From contig CM039001.1 of NCBI GenBank assembly GCA_017499595.2, positions 3,286,001 through 3,350,000 on the forward strand: 64,000 nucleotides of DNA. Reading direction: 5' to 3'. Positions 1 to 12,172 of this stretch are shown here, one piece after another; position 1 is the first letter of the stretch, and each line of letters opens with the position of its first letter. The position numbers and the translations under genes are program-made. Under the pieces are notes generated by a model. The model did not search any database. It saw only the letters and a program-made list of their open reading frames with translations, and was not told the origin of the DNA. Source of the DNA: Psilocybe cubensis (taxonomy: Eukaryota).

Positions 1-347
1 ATAGGCAACGTTATAGGTACTTGAAGGTGCCGTTGCTTCTGGCCTGATTACGAATCGTCGCCTCCGTTGTCGCTTGGAACTTGACCTTCCCATGCCTACA
101 TCTAGGACAAGTAACTCTAGCTCCGGACAGAGTGGGTTATGTTCATTCATCATACTGCGCCTGAAAGCTTCGGCAACTCTCTATTCCCCGGATTGGTCTA
201 CTAGCTTCAATTTTCGCATGGACAATGGGACATGGGACCATGGTCGTTCGACGCGAATCAGGGTCTTTTTATTTTTGATTCTGCGCTAGGAGATATATCG
301 ACGACGTACATGCTCCAGTCGTGATCATGTTTCGTGGATGTTACACG

Positions 348-375
348 CTATCGATATCATGAATGATATCGATAG
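348..375. repeat. Near-perfect inverted repeat (13-bp arms, 2-nt spacer)
   Basis: CTATCGATATCAT-GA-ATGATATCGATAG. Confidence 0.8.
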
Positions 376-1657
376 AACACAGTAGGACACCTTGATTACA
401 TTTTTAGTTCTTGTTCATATATTACACTTATGCATGTCTGTTATCGACATCGTTGTTGTGACGTTACATAAATGTTGATGATGTATGTCTCCTTGCTCAT
501 TTGAGTTGTTATTGTAGCGTCCATATAGGTTATGTTCAATTGCTACGAATATGCTAAAAGCACCCTGTTGAATTAAGGCCATATCCCTCGGGTACGTGGG
601 TAGATGTTCAATTTTATTCACAGGCCAATTTCTGACAATCCTGGTTAGGTTAATTAGTGTGAGAAGATTTCTTATGCAGGGTCAAGCCTTTCTGCAACAT
701 CACTCTCGGGAGTCGGGCGTTTGATGCCAAAATTTGTTCACGGAAAAGCCCTAATGAGTTCACAGCCATGTCGCGTTTCGTTTCATTGAAAAATCCATCT
801 CGACGATTAGCAACAGACCACGACGCCTAATCCCATCATAGATATCCTTATACTACTACTGCATAGTATCTTTTGAGGGGCACAATGTGTACTGGACCTT
901 GCTGGAAGTCTGTAATCGCCGCCGTTCAGGGTGTCAGGCCCTTGTCTGCACTTCTTTGTCGTAAGTAGAAGGCGTTGATTTTTCTGATATCCGAATTGAA
1001 TTTGACACGCCTCAAATCACAATCACAGAATTTCGTTCTCCCATCCCACGACTTGGTTCACCGTGTAGACAACGCAATAAACATCTACGTACCTTTGCAT
1101 TTAATTAATGTCACCTGTAACGTATTGAAGATCTACCTCTTGCACCATCCATGATACAAACTTTCTGGAGGCATATAAAGATCGTACAACTGCAGGTCAA
1201 ACCATATTGCATGTGTCTGCGACATCAACGCTTCGACAACCGTCTAGACTCTACATACATGTATGCACACCAATGTAGAAACGATAATGGTTATCGACGA
1301 CATGATCTCGAGGATTACCAGCTCGCCCGTCGGTCAAATTCTTGGTACCAGAACCCAAGAACTACGTATTAATTTTCTGACAGTTGACTCATTCAACCAA
1401 TTTTTTTGCGCATCATTTGTTGTATTTACTGTGCAACTCCTTTTAAGAGTGATCAATGTCGGTTGAACTACGTTAATCAAAATCTTGGAATGACATTTGC
1501 GCACAGCTTGATTAACAGTGTGCATTACAATAACCACTAGTATTTGTACATAATATTGTCATCGTTGTGAGTGATTTTCCATTTGTAATTTTAATCACAA
1601 TCATAGTCCATATAATTCATGAAGTTCGTAAAAAGTCGCCAATTGTCAGTCACCAAC

Positions 1658-3174
1658 TCACCGCACGGTTAACGTATCGATAGAAATATTCTTCCCTTCA
1701 ACCCTCCACTGCGTGTTTAAAGCCTGAACAGCATCTAAAATAACTTTCATAGACAGTATCCGGAAGGATTTCATCACCGACATCCTATGAAGGACAGTGG
1801 AAGGATCAATATCATAATTTTGACAGGTCCTGGAACGGAGGAATGCGACAAGAGCGGCAGAGGTGTAACCCGCTCCGTGGCATTCAAGATTGCAATGCTT
1901 CAATCGGGGAAGCAAAAACTCAGTCGGACTCTCTGCGGTGGCTTCAGTTGACGGAGTGGTGAACGTTCCGGCGGAAAAGAATTCGTCGGTGATGGGATCT
2001 TGGGATGGGTCGTCCAATGGATACTTCAGAGTGAGATGGGTGATATTAGGAAGTTGGTATAAGATAGCATGAAGCTGTTGGGTAGATAAAGGAAGGTATG
2101 CAATAGTGAGCTGAGATAATGAGTGCGAGAACCTCGTAAAGAAAGGGAGTAAATCGTGAAAATTCGTTGTCGGTGACTGCGCCGTTGGAACGAACCAGCC
2201 AATGTGCAGTTCTTGCAGATTGGGTGATTCAACCGCGGCCAGAAAGTGGACGAGGTTAACCATGGCGCCTCGTCGTAAAGTCAATCCGAGAGTCTTCAAG
2301 GATGGCAAGACAACGGGATAGAGGGGTGTATCACATTTAGGCGTGGTACAGTTTACATTGAGAGAACACTCCTGAAGACCTCCGGCCTGCCCCAATATAT
2401 GAAGACAATGTTCGATCGACATCAAGGTTTGCTCCAATTGTAGGGTAACCGCTGAAATTTGACTCCAAGGAATCCGATAGAGGGGAAACTGCAACAGTCC
2501 CAATGATCCAAACGATCCATAGGTTCTGAGAGAAAGTGATTTCAATGCTGGAAGTTGATGGGCACCAAGACGCAGAAGGACATAGGAGGTTCCAGAAGGA
2601 ATGAAGAATTCAACGTGTTTCCAGCGGTGTACATGCGTTATCAATAGAGAAAGTATCTGTCCAGATCTATGGCTTTCGTTATCACGCAGGTGAGGTTGAG
2701 CAATGTGTGTGAGTCGAATATGGAGTGGGTATGGATTAGACCGATCGAGCCATCGTTTCACATTGTCCATGAGTTGGATGTCGCGTGCAGCTGCAGCTGC
2801 ACCAGCGCCTTCAATAGATATTGAAAACGACGACCATAATCGAGGCGTTGATAGCACAAGGCTGTTCCACGAGCGGCACACACGTGTTAGTGCCACTGGT
2901 GCTTCATCAGGGTGAAAAGTGGGGAGTACTGGTAAACAATACAGGAAGATTTCTACTTTCAATTCGGTTGGCAAAACATCGAATAGCGCAGTGGAGACAT
3001 GCTATAAGATTTGTTGAGACTAAAATTCCTTTAGCACTGTATATGACTCACTCGCACAGAATGATCTTCCCTGATCAGAGTTGAGGCCTCGATCTCAACT
3101 GTTCGTTTACTAGGAGAAGAGATTGTCTTTAATTGCGAGGAGAATGATCTCTGAAGGACTAGAGGGAAAGGCAT
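1658..3174 (-). CDS. F-box domain protein with LRR/RNI-like C-terminus (Agaricomycete-expanded family); 2 exons
   Basis: ORF 1658-2974 has LPTELKVEIFLYCLP...PVALTRVCRSWNSLVLSTPRLWS (F-box) and LPxLxxLxL repeats; an upstream exon from ATG 3174 (MPFPLVLQRS...DHSVR) joins in frame through a GTGAGT..TAG intron at about 3002-3051. Confidence 0.8.
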
Positions 3175-4166
3175 AGTGGCGTTGAGAATGAGAAGAACCA
3201 ACTTGATGGCCTGTGGGGGTTGGTTTCACACTGACTCGGACGCACAAATGGGAAGGCAAGTTTAAAAAGGCCTGAATGTGTTCTGACAGCCAGAACCTAA
3301 AATAACCTCTTGTCAGCTTGATTGCATCCTTACATGGACTTGAGTCGTTATGAATTCAGAACATCAAGCAGGTCACCTCACCGATGTCAATTCGGGTAGT
3401 CAAGTTTAGAGATAGTGTAACTCTCAATACTTATGGCCAGGAGATCGCCATTTGACAGACAAGAACTGCACTCAGAACAAACGAGGATCTCCATCAGGAA
3501 TTTGGATCTGATGTCAAAGTTGACGTCCTTCGAGTTTTCTGGCACAATGGGTAGTATTTTTAACGTCCAGGTGTTGAGCTATCAGGCTGAAATCTCATTG
3601 TCTTTTGTAGTTTTATAGTAATCCATTGCCACGCCGACAGTAAATGCCAGTGATAAATGCTTCCGAGGGGCCCGAACACCTGCGGTTGAAGTAAATTGAC
3701 AACACCAATCACGGTGGGCTTTCTTTGTTCATATTAAAATCGATCAACATAGCGCAGTCAACATGCTGTCAGTGAAGCGACGAAAATAAAACGGGAGTTC
3801 CATGATCCATGATGTCGAGATTTGCTGGGGACTTCGGGGGGTGGTTCAGAAAACGAAAAGCTACGAATGTTTTCATCTGGCAAATCAAGGGGGAAAGCTA
3901 CTCAAGATTACTCAGTGTGGTCGTGTCGAGAAGACCCGTCGAAACAAAGGGAGTGAGGTTTGTTGCTTTATCATGCTTGCCAATCAACCCCACGTTCTGG
4001 TGACCAGGTTATGTTGCGGAAGTTATGATATATGAACACACAATTGAGTACTCACACTGAACAGTAAGACAAGAATAGTCTGATATGTTAGATGGGGCAG
4101 CATCATGAGTGTATTATCGTGATGTAAAGAAGATGCAAACAGGTGTGTCGGAAACACCAGCTCACT

Positions 4167-6875
4167 TCAGAAAAACTTTCCAAAATCATAAGCCTCTGGG
4201 CCAGAATCACTTTTGGTGACAGGAACCTTAGCCTTTTTAGTAGAGGCAACGTTTGCTGCCTTTTTAACGGAGGCAGATACCGCTTTCGTGGAGGCGGTGG
4301 GCTTGCTACTGCTTTTCAAAGCAGGCTTGACAGACGAGGCCGATGCCGATTTATGCTCGGATTTTGATACTCGTTCCGTCACAGCAGAAGATTTAGACTC
4401 TTTTTTCTCCGACCGTTTCTCCGCCCGTGACTGATGCTTTGATGAAGGCGCAAATGCGACTTTCTTCGTAGGCCGTTCGGGCGTGGGTGCCACTTCTAGG
4501 GCGCGCTTTCGCGTTTGGTTCTTCGGCGGCGGAGGTGCGATTTCTTCCTCGTCCTCTTCGTCCTCTTCGTCGTCCTCGTCTTCGTCGATCTCCTCCTCGT
4601 CCTCCTCCTCCGCATCTTCCTGATCAACATCCATACCTTCAACATCAACCCCTCCCTGCTCATCCTCATCATCTTCCTCATCTTCACTATCTTCCAAAGC
4701 AGCCCAAGCCTCCTCGACGTCGACGGCCCGGTCTTCCACCACGCTCGGCGAGAGCTTGACGAGTCCACCTGTTTTTCGCTTTTCTTTCCGCGTAGGAAGA
4801 AGAGATAGAATCGATTCGTCCTTGGAGTATAGCCCTGAGAGAAAAGCCGCATTTGTGGTATTGGATGAGGATGGTGATTCGGTAGTGGTGGAGGGTGGTG
4901 TGGTGTAGTGCACTAATTTTCCAACACTCCAGTCGCGCAGAACAACACGGGCAGCGCCTGTTAAATCCAATTCTCCTTTCTATGAAACGTAGGTGAAAGG
5001 CAGTCGTTAGCATCCAGAACGGGGAAGAAGTTTAAATAAGAAGAGTGGGCAGTATGACTTCATCGGCGCAGTTCTATTTTTATTATTCATTCGCAAGGCA
5101 CCGTGACGCCTTTGAGACACAGAAAATGAGAGGAAGGATACACACCTTTTTCAACAACTGATTTGCACGGGCAACGCCTGACAGAAAAGCGGTTGGGTCT
5201 CCCTTGGTGAATGCGGGAAGACTGTACATCAACATGAGGTCTTCTGTGTTTGCTCTCGATACGAGATGAACGACTGGATAATAAAAATCAAGACATCGAG
5301 CGAGTATAAGAAACTCATATTAGAAGAAATGACTAAAAAAGCGCACTTGGAGGATTTACGTCCTTCAACCTGTCAATTCTACCCTTATTGCGAAGGAGAA
5401 TATCGCGAGCACGATTCTGTTCGAGGACCGCTTCGTCGGCATCTGAAGGGGAGGAGAACGAAAGGCCAGGTGTATCGATGATGATAATTTTTTGGTCTTC
5501 AACTTCAAGAGTGACTTCTTGAGGAAGGGTGGTGGTGGTAGGGCCGCGAGACGAGGTTTCGAGGGTGTATACAGGCAGAGCTGACCGTTTGAGTAGAGAA
5601 TTGATGAGAGAACTTTTGCCGACCTATATAAAATAATGACATCCGATGAATGGCCGGGTCGAATAGAAAAAAAATGACGTACGTTTGTAATGCCAACGAC
5701 TGCAACGACAAGTGGTTCGCCCGTTTTTTTTTCTTTCGCCCATTCAGCGAAACAAGTGAGGATAGGTTCCAACCCGATGGCATCGTCTGCAGGTACTTTT
5801 GCTTTCCCTTTCCCTTTCTTCAGTGACTGAGAAACAACAGCAGACGCTTCGGGGAGGAACGATGACGCTGCACGGAAAAGTAAGGTAGGTTGTTGAGTTC
5901 GGAGTTGCTGTGACCACGACGCGATAGCTTCTCTAGGGCAGGTATCTTTTGGTCAAACCAATCAGCAAATTAATAGCAACCACTTTGTTTGCGACTCACC
6001 GATTTTATTGAGAACCAACAGCACTTTCTTGTCCATCTCCAGGATTAGTTGCTCCACATGTTTGCTTCTGAATGCTAACGGGTCTCTTCCATCAACAACT
6101 TCGAGAACCACATCCGCTTTTTCAAGCACAGTCCTGAGGTTTGGCAAATCTCTGTTGATTAGAACAGGAACTTCCTCTTCCTCCTCTTCCTCTTCAATTT
6201 CCTTAGCGGGACGTGGACGTGGTTTCAGTTCGGTAGTAAGAAACTTTGCACTGAGACTGGCTATGCTTTCAGCTCCGACATTGAGATCTTTTGGGTTGTG
6301 GTCATCCAAAGGTTCGCCATCTTCGTTTGCGTTGCCTTCTTCATCTTCCGACTCCCAAGGTTCTCCACGAGCAAGAGCCTTTGCCTTTGAAATAGCGCGC
6401 TGTTTGTCTGCTTTCCTCTTTTCTTTTTCTTCGGCTGCCTACAAATTTTGAATATGATGTTCGAAGTTGAGTAAAATGATTAAGGTACGCACTAATCTGC
6501 GTTGCTCGGCAACTTCAGCCAAAATCTGGTCCTTGTAAGGAAATTCGCTAGGAATCCCGGGATCCTTTTTCACCTCTGTAGAAGCCTTGAGTTCCGCAAC
6601 AAAGTCACAAATAAAACAAGCAACAAACTGCTTTTCCACTGCACGCTCTTCTTGGCGTCTCTGGCCTTCTTCCTCTTGGATTCCTTTATCTTTTTGCGAA
6701 GTTTTGCCCGGTCATTGGTAGATTTCCTATTACTTGTTTCTGCAGATTATCGTATAATTCATATTTTTTGACGTCGAGGGTGGGCGGAAATATTGAAATG
6801 AAATAAAATTTAAATCTGTCAGTTGAGGCGATGGAAAAATATGTTAGAAGACGTACCCTTTCTAATTTTTGGCAT
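4167..6875 (-). CDS. NUG1: Nucleolar circularly permuted GTPase, nucleostemin/GNL3/Nug1 family; multi-exon
   Basis: Basic N-terminus MPKIRK, KKDPGIPSEFPYK motif, ADVVLEVVDGRDP, LNKID (G4), VGITNVGKSS (G1), DTPG (G3), AARVVLRDW, acidic then basic tail. Confidence 0.88.
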
Positions 6876-7102
6876 GATAAATGTCTATGTTGCAGGTTTT
6901 GCGATGCCGTGAGGGATCGTGAAAGAATGCGCGGTCGTCGTCGGTGAGCGAAAGTGAAAAATCCTGCGATTACCAAATTCGGCTGAAATTGAGCGTGGGA
7001 ATCATAATATTGCGTTCACAAAATTCCACGTGATCTTGATTTTCACCCCATCTGAGGGAGCTTTGGTGAAGGCTACGCTTTTCTGTGTACTTGATCCCTA
7101 CC
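6876..7102. promoter_or_regulatory. Putative bidirectional promoter between NUG1 and NOP9
   Basis: 227 bp between divergent start codons; contains CACGTG (7027-7032), TGAAAAAT (6955-6962) and GCGATG (6901-6906). Confidence 0.5.
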
Positions 7103-10070
7103 ATGCCCCGTGAAAATCGAAAACGCGGCAAAAAACACAAGAAACAGAATGAAGATGAATCAAAATACAACCAGGAATCTGCACCTCAATTAGAAACGCG
7201 CGAAGAACCGTCGTGGATCGTACCTGCTCAGGACAATTTCGGTGAATTCAATCCTGAAGCGCCATTCGGATACGTCGATGCAGATGTCAAAGCGTATTTC
7301 AGGACGGTGGATATACAAATACGTGATTGGCAAGAATCCCAGCATGATACAGGAGAGGGTGACGGTGATTTGGATCCCAATGAACGTACGTCGTATCTCA
7401 CATTATCCAAGGTTCCATTTAAAAAATATTATGTCCCTTTATAGAACGGAGATTATTCTTTATCGCTGCTCTATCAGAAATGCGTGGCAAGGAGAAGCAG
7501 CTGGCTACAGACCCGGATTGCTCTGTCATCATAGAGAGAATGTCATATTCTATGGATGATTTTGTTCGAAGAGTTTTTGTCGATACTTTGTCCGGTTCGT
7601 AAGTTGTGAATTATTACTTTCATTTATTCGTTAACAAGTTTCATTCTAACGTTCTATTAGGTATGAAATACTTCTGAAGCACAGATTTGCTTCGCATGTT
7701 TGCCAGACGCTTTTCACGGTGGCTAAGGATACCATTTCGAGAGAGGTGGGATTTGCCCACTTTAATGATTTCCGTTACCTGACGTGGCTCAACAGATGCG
7801 AGGAATCATGCCTACAGTGCCAGACTCTGAAGAAGAAGGCGAACTTCGTACTTTAAAGCAGTTGATTTTGGATATTTGCGAGGTATGTAAGCTCCCAAGG
7901 ATTCTGAGTGTCTGAACCTAATTGTCATTCTCTCGTCAGGAACTACTTCCATCTTTCCACACCCTCATTATGGATCCCTTTGCCTCTCATGTTGTCCGCA
8001 GCTTACTTCTCCTTCTCTCTCCTAATCTATCCACATCTGATGAAAGTTCGCAATCCGCTGTTCGATCGAAGAAAAGCGCAGCATGGAAAGCAAGGCAAGG
8101 TCAGATGAAGTCTGTCTTTTCCGATGGGCAAGGAAAGGGAAAGGAGACGATACGGAGCGCTCCCGCCGAATTTCGGCAAATGGCACGTCGTTTCGTGGAG
8201 ACTGTCAGAGAACATCTCGATGATAATGAAACGCGCGCCATGGCTGCCAGCAAAGTCGCGTGCCCTGGGTTACAGGTACCGTTCCAGTAATGATTTAGAT
8301 ACTACGTGACGTTGATTATTCCCGCGCAGATGCTCCTGGAAGTGGAAGCTGATCAAGACCTGGCCAATCAACCTGGTTCTCTGATGGATAGGGTGATGGT
8401 GGGCGTTATCACAGCGTGCAGTATGTTATTTGGGCGTGATTTTTCGTTCCTTCAATTTGACTGATGAAATTTAGAAAATGATTCCACGGCCGACATCGAA
8501 GAGTCGGATTATCTGGGAACTCTTCTCCGCGATGTCAACTCATCTCATCTGCTTGAAACGATTGTTTCGCGCTGTCCAGATGATGCTTTCAATGCGCTGT
8601 GGAAGACTTATTTTAAGGGCAAACTCGCACGATTGGCTGCTCATCCTGTGGCTAATTTTGTACTGGCTAAAGCGCTGGAAAGAGTCTCTGAGAGCCAACT
8701 GACGACGATATTTGAGGAGCTTGATGCGACCTGGAATAAGCTTATCAGTGAGAAGTTTCATGTTGAAAGTTTTTTTAAATTCTGATCCAGTTCAAAATAA
8801 AGGAACATCAAGAACTGGTGTTTTGCGCGCACTCATCGACAGAGTTTCGCTCCTTGGATCATCAAATCAACCGATATCCGAAGTATGTTTTCATTGGAGA
8901 TTTTGAATCCGATTCACTGACAGTAGACAGATTGTTTATTCAGCATTTAATATCACAACTTCAGAAGAGAAAGCCCTCCTTGTTCCATGCGTTCTGACAC
9001 TCTTACCCCTACCCGTAAGATGTCCTGGTCGTACTTCAGATCATACTGATTAATGCCGCCATCAGGACTACCATATTGCACATGCCGAGAAAACCAAAAC
9101 CGAAGAGACCTCTCACCAACATCACCACAAATCCCGCACTGTCCAAGACCCACTGGAACCCAAAATCCAAGGTAGCGTCTTGATGCAATCGATACTTCGA
9201 CTGCCTGAAGGCCACAATCAATTTGCTATCGATGGGTGGGTTTTCCTCATGCCTAAATATTATTTTATATCACGCCCTTAACACCAATTGGAACAGAATA
9301 CGCGAATTATCGATCGACGACCGCATAAAAATCGCACATAATTCTTCTGGTTCCCGGGTTTTTGATGCACTCCTTGAGTCGCCGACTGTTACCCCTAAAA
9401 TGAAGAGACAGTTTGTCATAGACTTCATCGGCCACTACCATAAATTAGTGGATGATAAACTAGGCAGTCGCGTAGGCGATCGCTGTTGGTCGTACTCTGA
9501 CACCTATCTCAAGGTCTGTCTCTCTGTCGAAGCCTTCTTTGCGCGCTCGAATTTTCGAACATGGTCTTCGTCATACAGGAAAAAATCGCCAGATCACTAG
9601 TGTCCCAAGAGCAGGCGCTTGCTGCATCGTTCTATGGCAAATTCTTTGCCAGAAACTTGAACCTCTACTTGCTTCAGCGCCGTCCGGACGACTGGCGAAA
9701 CCTCCAATCTGAGCGGAAGAAACAGGAGGAACAAGAAAAGAAAATCACCGTTGGTCCCACTGTGATGCCACCTAAAACAACACAGCCAGACCTTGCGGAG
9801 GAAGCCGTAACCCCAGCCAAACCTTTTGAAAGCCGGAAACGCAAATCACGTCCTGAAAACGAAATTGACGCTCTTTTCAACGAGAAGTTGGGCAAGAGAG
9901 TCAAGAAGGGTGCTTTGGGTGATGCGATTGCCCTGGCTCCATCTCCTGAAAAGTTGAAGAAGGATGTAAAAGATGAAAAGAATCTAGGCGAAGACAAGGA
10001 GCTTCAGCAGGTTCTGGGTGCCATCCGGTTGGCTCCTGGGAATGATAAAAAACATAAAAAAAGAAAATGA
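7103..10070 (+). CDS. NOP9: Nucleolar protein 9 (Pumilio-like repeat, 40S biogenesis); multi-exon
   Basis: [13 protein letters not shown] start, [64 protein letters not shown] repeats; Lys-rich end. Confidence 0.9.
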
Positions 10071-10127
10071 GTATTTTATTGATGGCAGACCTACCACGAA
10101 TCAGCGTAACATATAATGCCATGTATC

Positions 10128-10153
10128 ATTGCTCAACTTGATTGCTCAACTTG
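10128..10153. repeat. 13-bp direct tandem duplication downstream of NOP9
   Basis: ATTGCTCAACTTG x2. Confidence 0.75.
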
Positions 10154-10373
10154 ATCTTTTTTTTCCGGAAGATATAGTTTCAGTACATACCACCTACAAA
10201 TCGCGGTTGTATTGAGCCCGCAGGAAAGGCTGGTTTCTGTAACCTTTATGGTAGAATTGTGTTGGGGTCAGAACTGATAGAATTCGAAGTTGAATAATTT
10301 GTTGCCAGAAGCAAAGCAAGAAACAAGCCAGAAAGGAATACCGGTGTGACAACGCGTGACACATCCTCCTTTC

Positions 10374-11429
10374 ATGTTTTCTATAACTCGTTCTGGTCTC
10401 CATCGGTCTACAAAACCAATATTATCAATACCATGGAGATCCCTTCATTCCCATGCCTCAAGGCCTTTGCTTCAGCGAGACAGTCTACGGACATTCCGTC
10501 ATAGTGAACATGCGACGCGCATCATCCTTCAGGGCCAACGAAGAAGTTATGTCCAGGCGGGCGAACGTAATTCTATTGGGGTGAGGAGTGAAACCTTTTC
10601 ATGCCCTTGGTGGGTGGAAGGACGTGTATAACTGAATCTTAGCTTGTTTGACTATTAGGCATTCACTCCGACGGCTGCCGCACTCTTCATCTTGACTGGT
10701 GTTGGACTGGCCTATTATTTCCGGCAGGAAAAGGTACGGCTTGAAGAAGAACGAGGTGAGTATTGTTCACCCATAATGCCTACGTTATGTTCTCACTTTG
10801 TATCATAAAACCAGAAAAGGAACGAGGATTGAAGTCCTATGGCAGACCAAGTGTCGGAGGGCCCTTTAATCTGGTTAGAGAGGACGGGAAACCGTTCACG
10901 GAAAACGATTTAAAAGGGAAATGGTCGTTGGTGTATTTTGGCTTCACGAACTGCCCAGACATCTGCCCCGCAGAGCTAGATAAAGTTACCGCAGTTCTTA
11001 ACAACATTCGTGAGTCATCTTTGATTTCTCGAACGTCCCAGGTCTGTCTATATCTTACCCTCTTCTCCAATAGAAAAAGAATACGGTGACATCTTCCTTC
11101 CCATCTTCATCTCTGTGGACCCTGCTCGCGATACCCCGGCACAAATTTCACAATACCTGAAAGATTTTCACCCATCCTTCATTGGCCTCGTTGGTGACTA
11201 CGCCAACATCAAAGCCGTCTGTAAATCCTATCGCGTCTACTTCTCAACGCCTCCCGACGCCGACCCGAAAGGCGACTACCTCGTCGACCACTCTATTTTC
11301 GTCTATCTTATGGATCCTAATGGCCAATTTGTAGAAGCATTTGGACAAAACGTTGGTGCTGAGCATATACAATCCAAGATCGGTGAGGCGATTGAGGAAT
11401 GGCAGAAGGAAACAGGAAAAAGTGTCTGA
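10374..11429 (+). CDS. SCO1: SCO1/SenC copper chaperone for cytochrome c oxidase; multi-exon
   Basis: Mitochondrial-type presequence, TM helix, GGPFNL, YFGFTNCPDICPAEL (CxxxC), VDPARD, DYLVDHSIFVYLMDP. Confidence 0.95.
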
Positions 11430-11616
11430 ATATTCACTACTAGTTCATAGTATAAATTATGTATAACATTGTCTACTAATATTGCTATAAACCTCTTCTC
11501 TCCGTCTGAACGCATAAGTATATGCACAAAGCAAAATGAGTCTCAATTTCAATGACACTATTACGTGACCGTTAGAAAGAGGCTTTTTTACAGAAAAAGA
11601 AAAAACAAAAGGATAT

Positions 11617-11719
11617 TGACAACAGAGGGATTCGAACCCTCGCCCTTTCGGACCAGATTGAGCAAACCTGAGTCTGACTCTCCTGATTCTGGCGCCTTAG
11701 ACCACTCGGCCATATTGCC
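11617..11719 (-). tRNA. tRNA-Leu(CAG) with a 23-nt intron (11659-11681)
   Basis: Reverse complement GGCAATATGGCCGAGTGGTCTAAGGCGCCAGA-AT-CAG-G-[intron]-A-TCTGG-TCCGAAAGGGC-GAGGGTTCGAATCCCTC-TGTTGTCA: acceptor stem, A and B boxes, variable arm; T-runs immediately downstream (Pol III terminator). Confidence 0.92.
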
Positions 11720-12172
11720 TTATTCGAAGGCCTTCAGAGAAACATTAAGGATGTATTGGATTTACACAGCATTACTAATAGTAGTACCAGCCCAGGAGCT
11801 GCCTTATTGCACTGAATATTCCTGGGTTATTCCATAAGTACTACTAACCTCTATATAGCAGCGTATACATTGCATGAATAGGCCAGACCATTATTATTAC
11901 TATATAAGCAAAGGGAAATAGATGAGGATTAAAATTGGTTCAAACTTAGGTTGCACAGCCACTGAGACTGGAGCAGGCGTGGCAGTGCATCACACGTAGG
12001 GCTCATTAGAAATCCATCGACTGACAGTTTCTCTTATTCTCTTACAACTCGTACAATCCTTACGACCCTCTGGAATCCGTGTCAGTTTCTACACTGCTAT
12101 TCTACATATACACACAGACACAGATACCCACTGGCTGGACCCGTTTAATAATCTTCCTTTCTCTCCTTTAAG

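Noticed and set aside
4487..4852. Arg-rich, Pro-rich and hydrophobic ORFs overlapping the NUG1 last exon
   Set aside because: Alternative-frame or antisense products of the GAR/GAY-rich acidic tract
6745..6856. Possible stwintron in NUG1 intron 1 (internal CTGACAG acceptor)
   Set aside because: Removing the internal part does not recreate a GT donor; a single intron already gives an in-frame product
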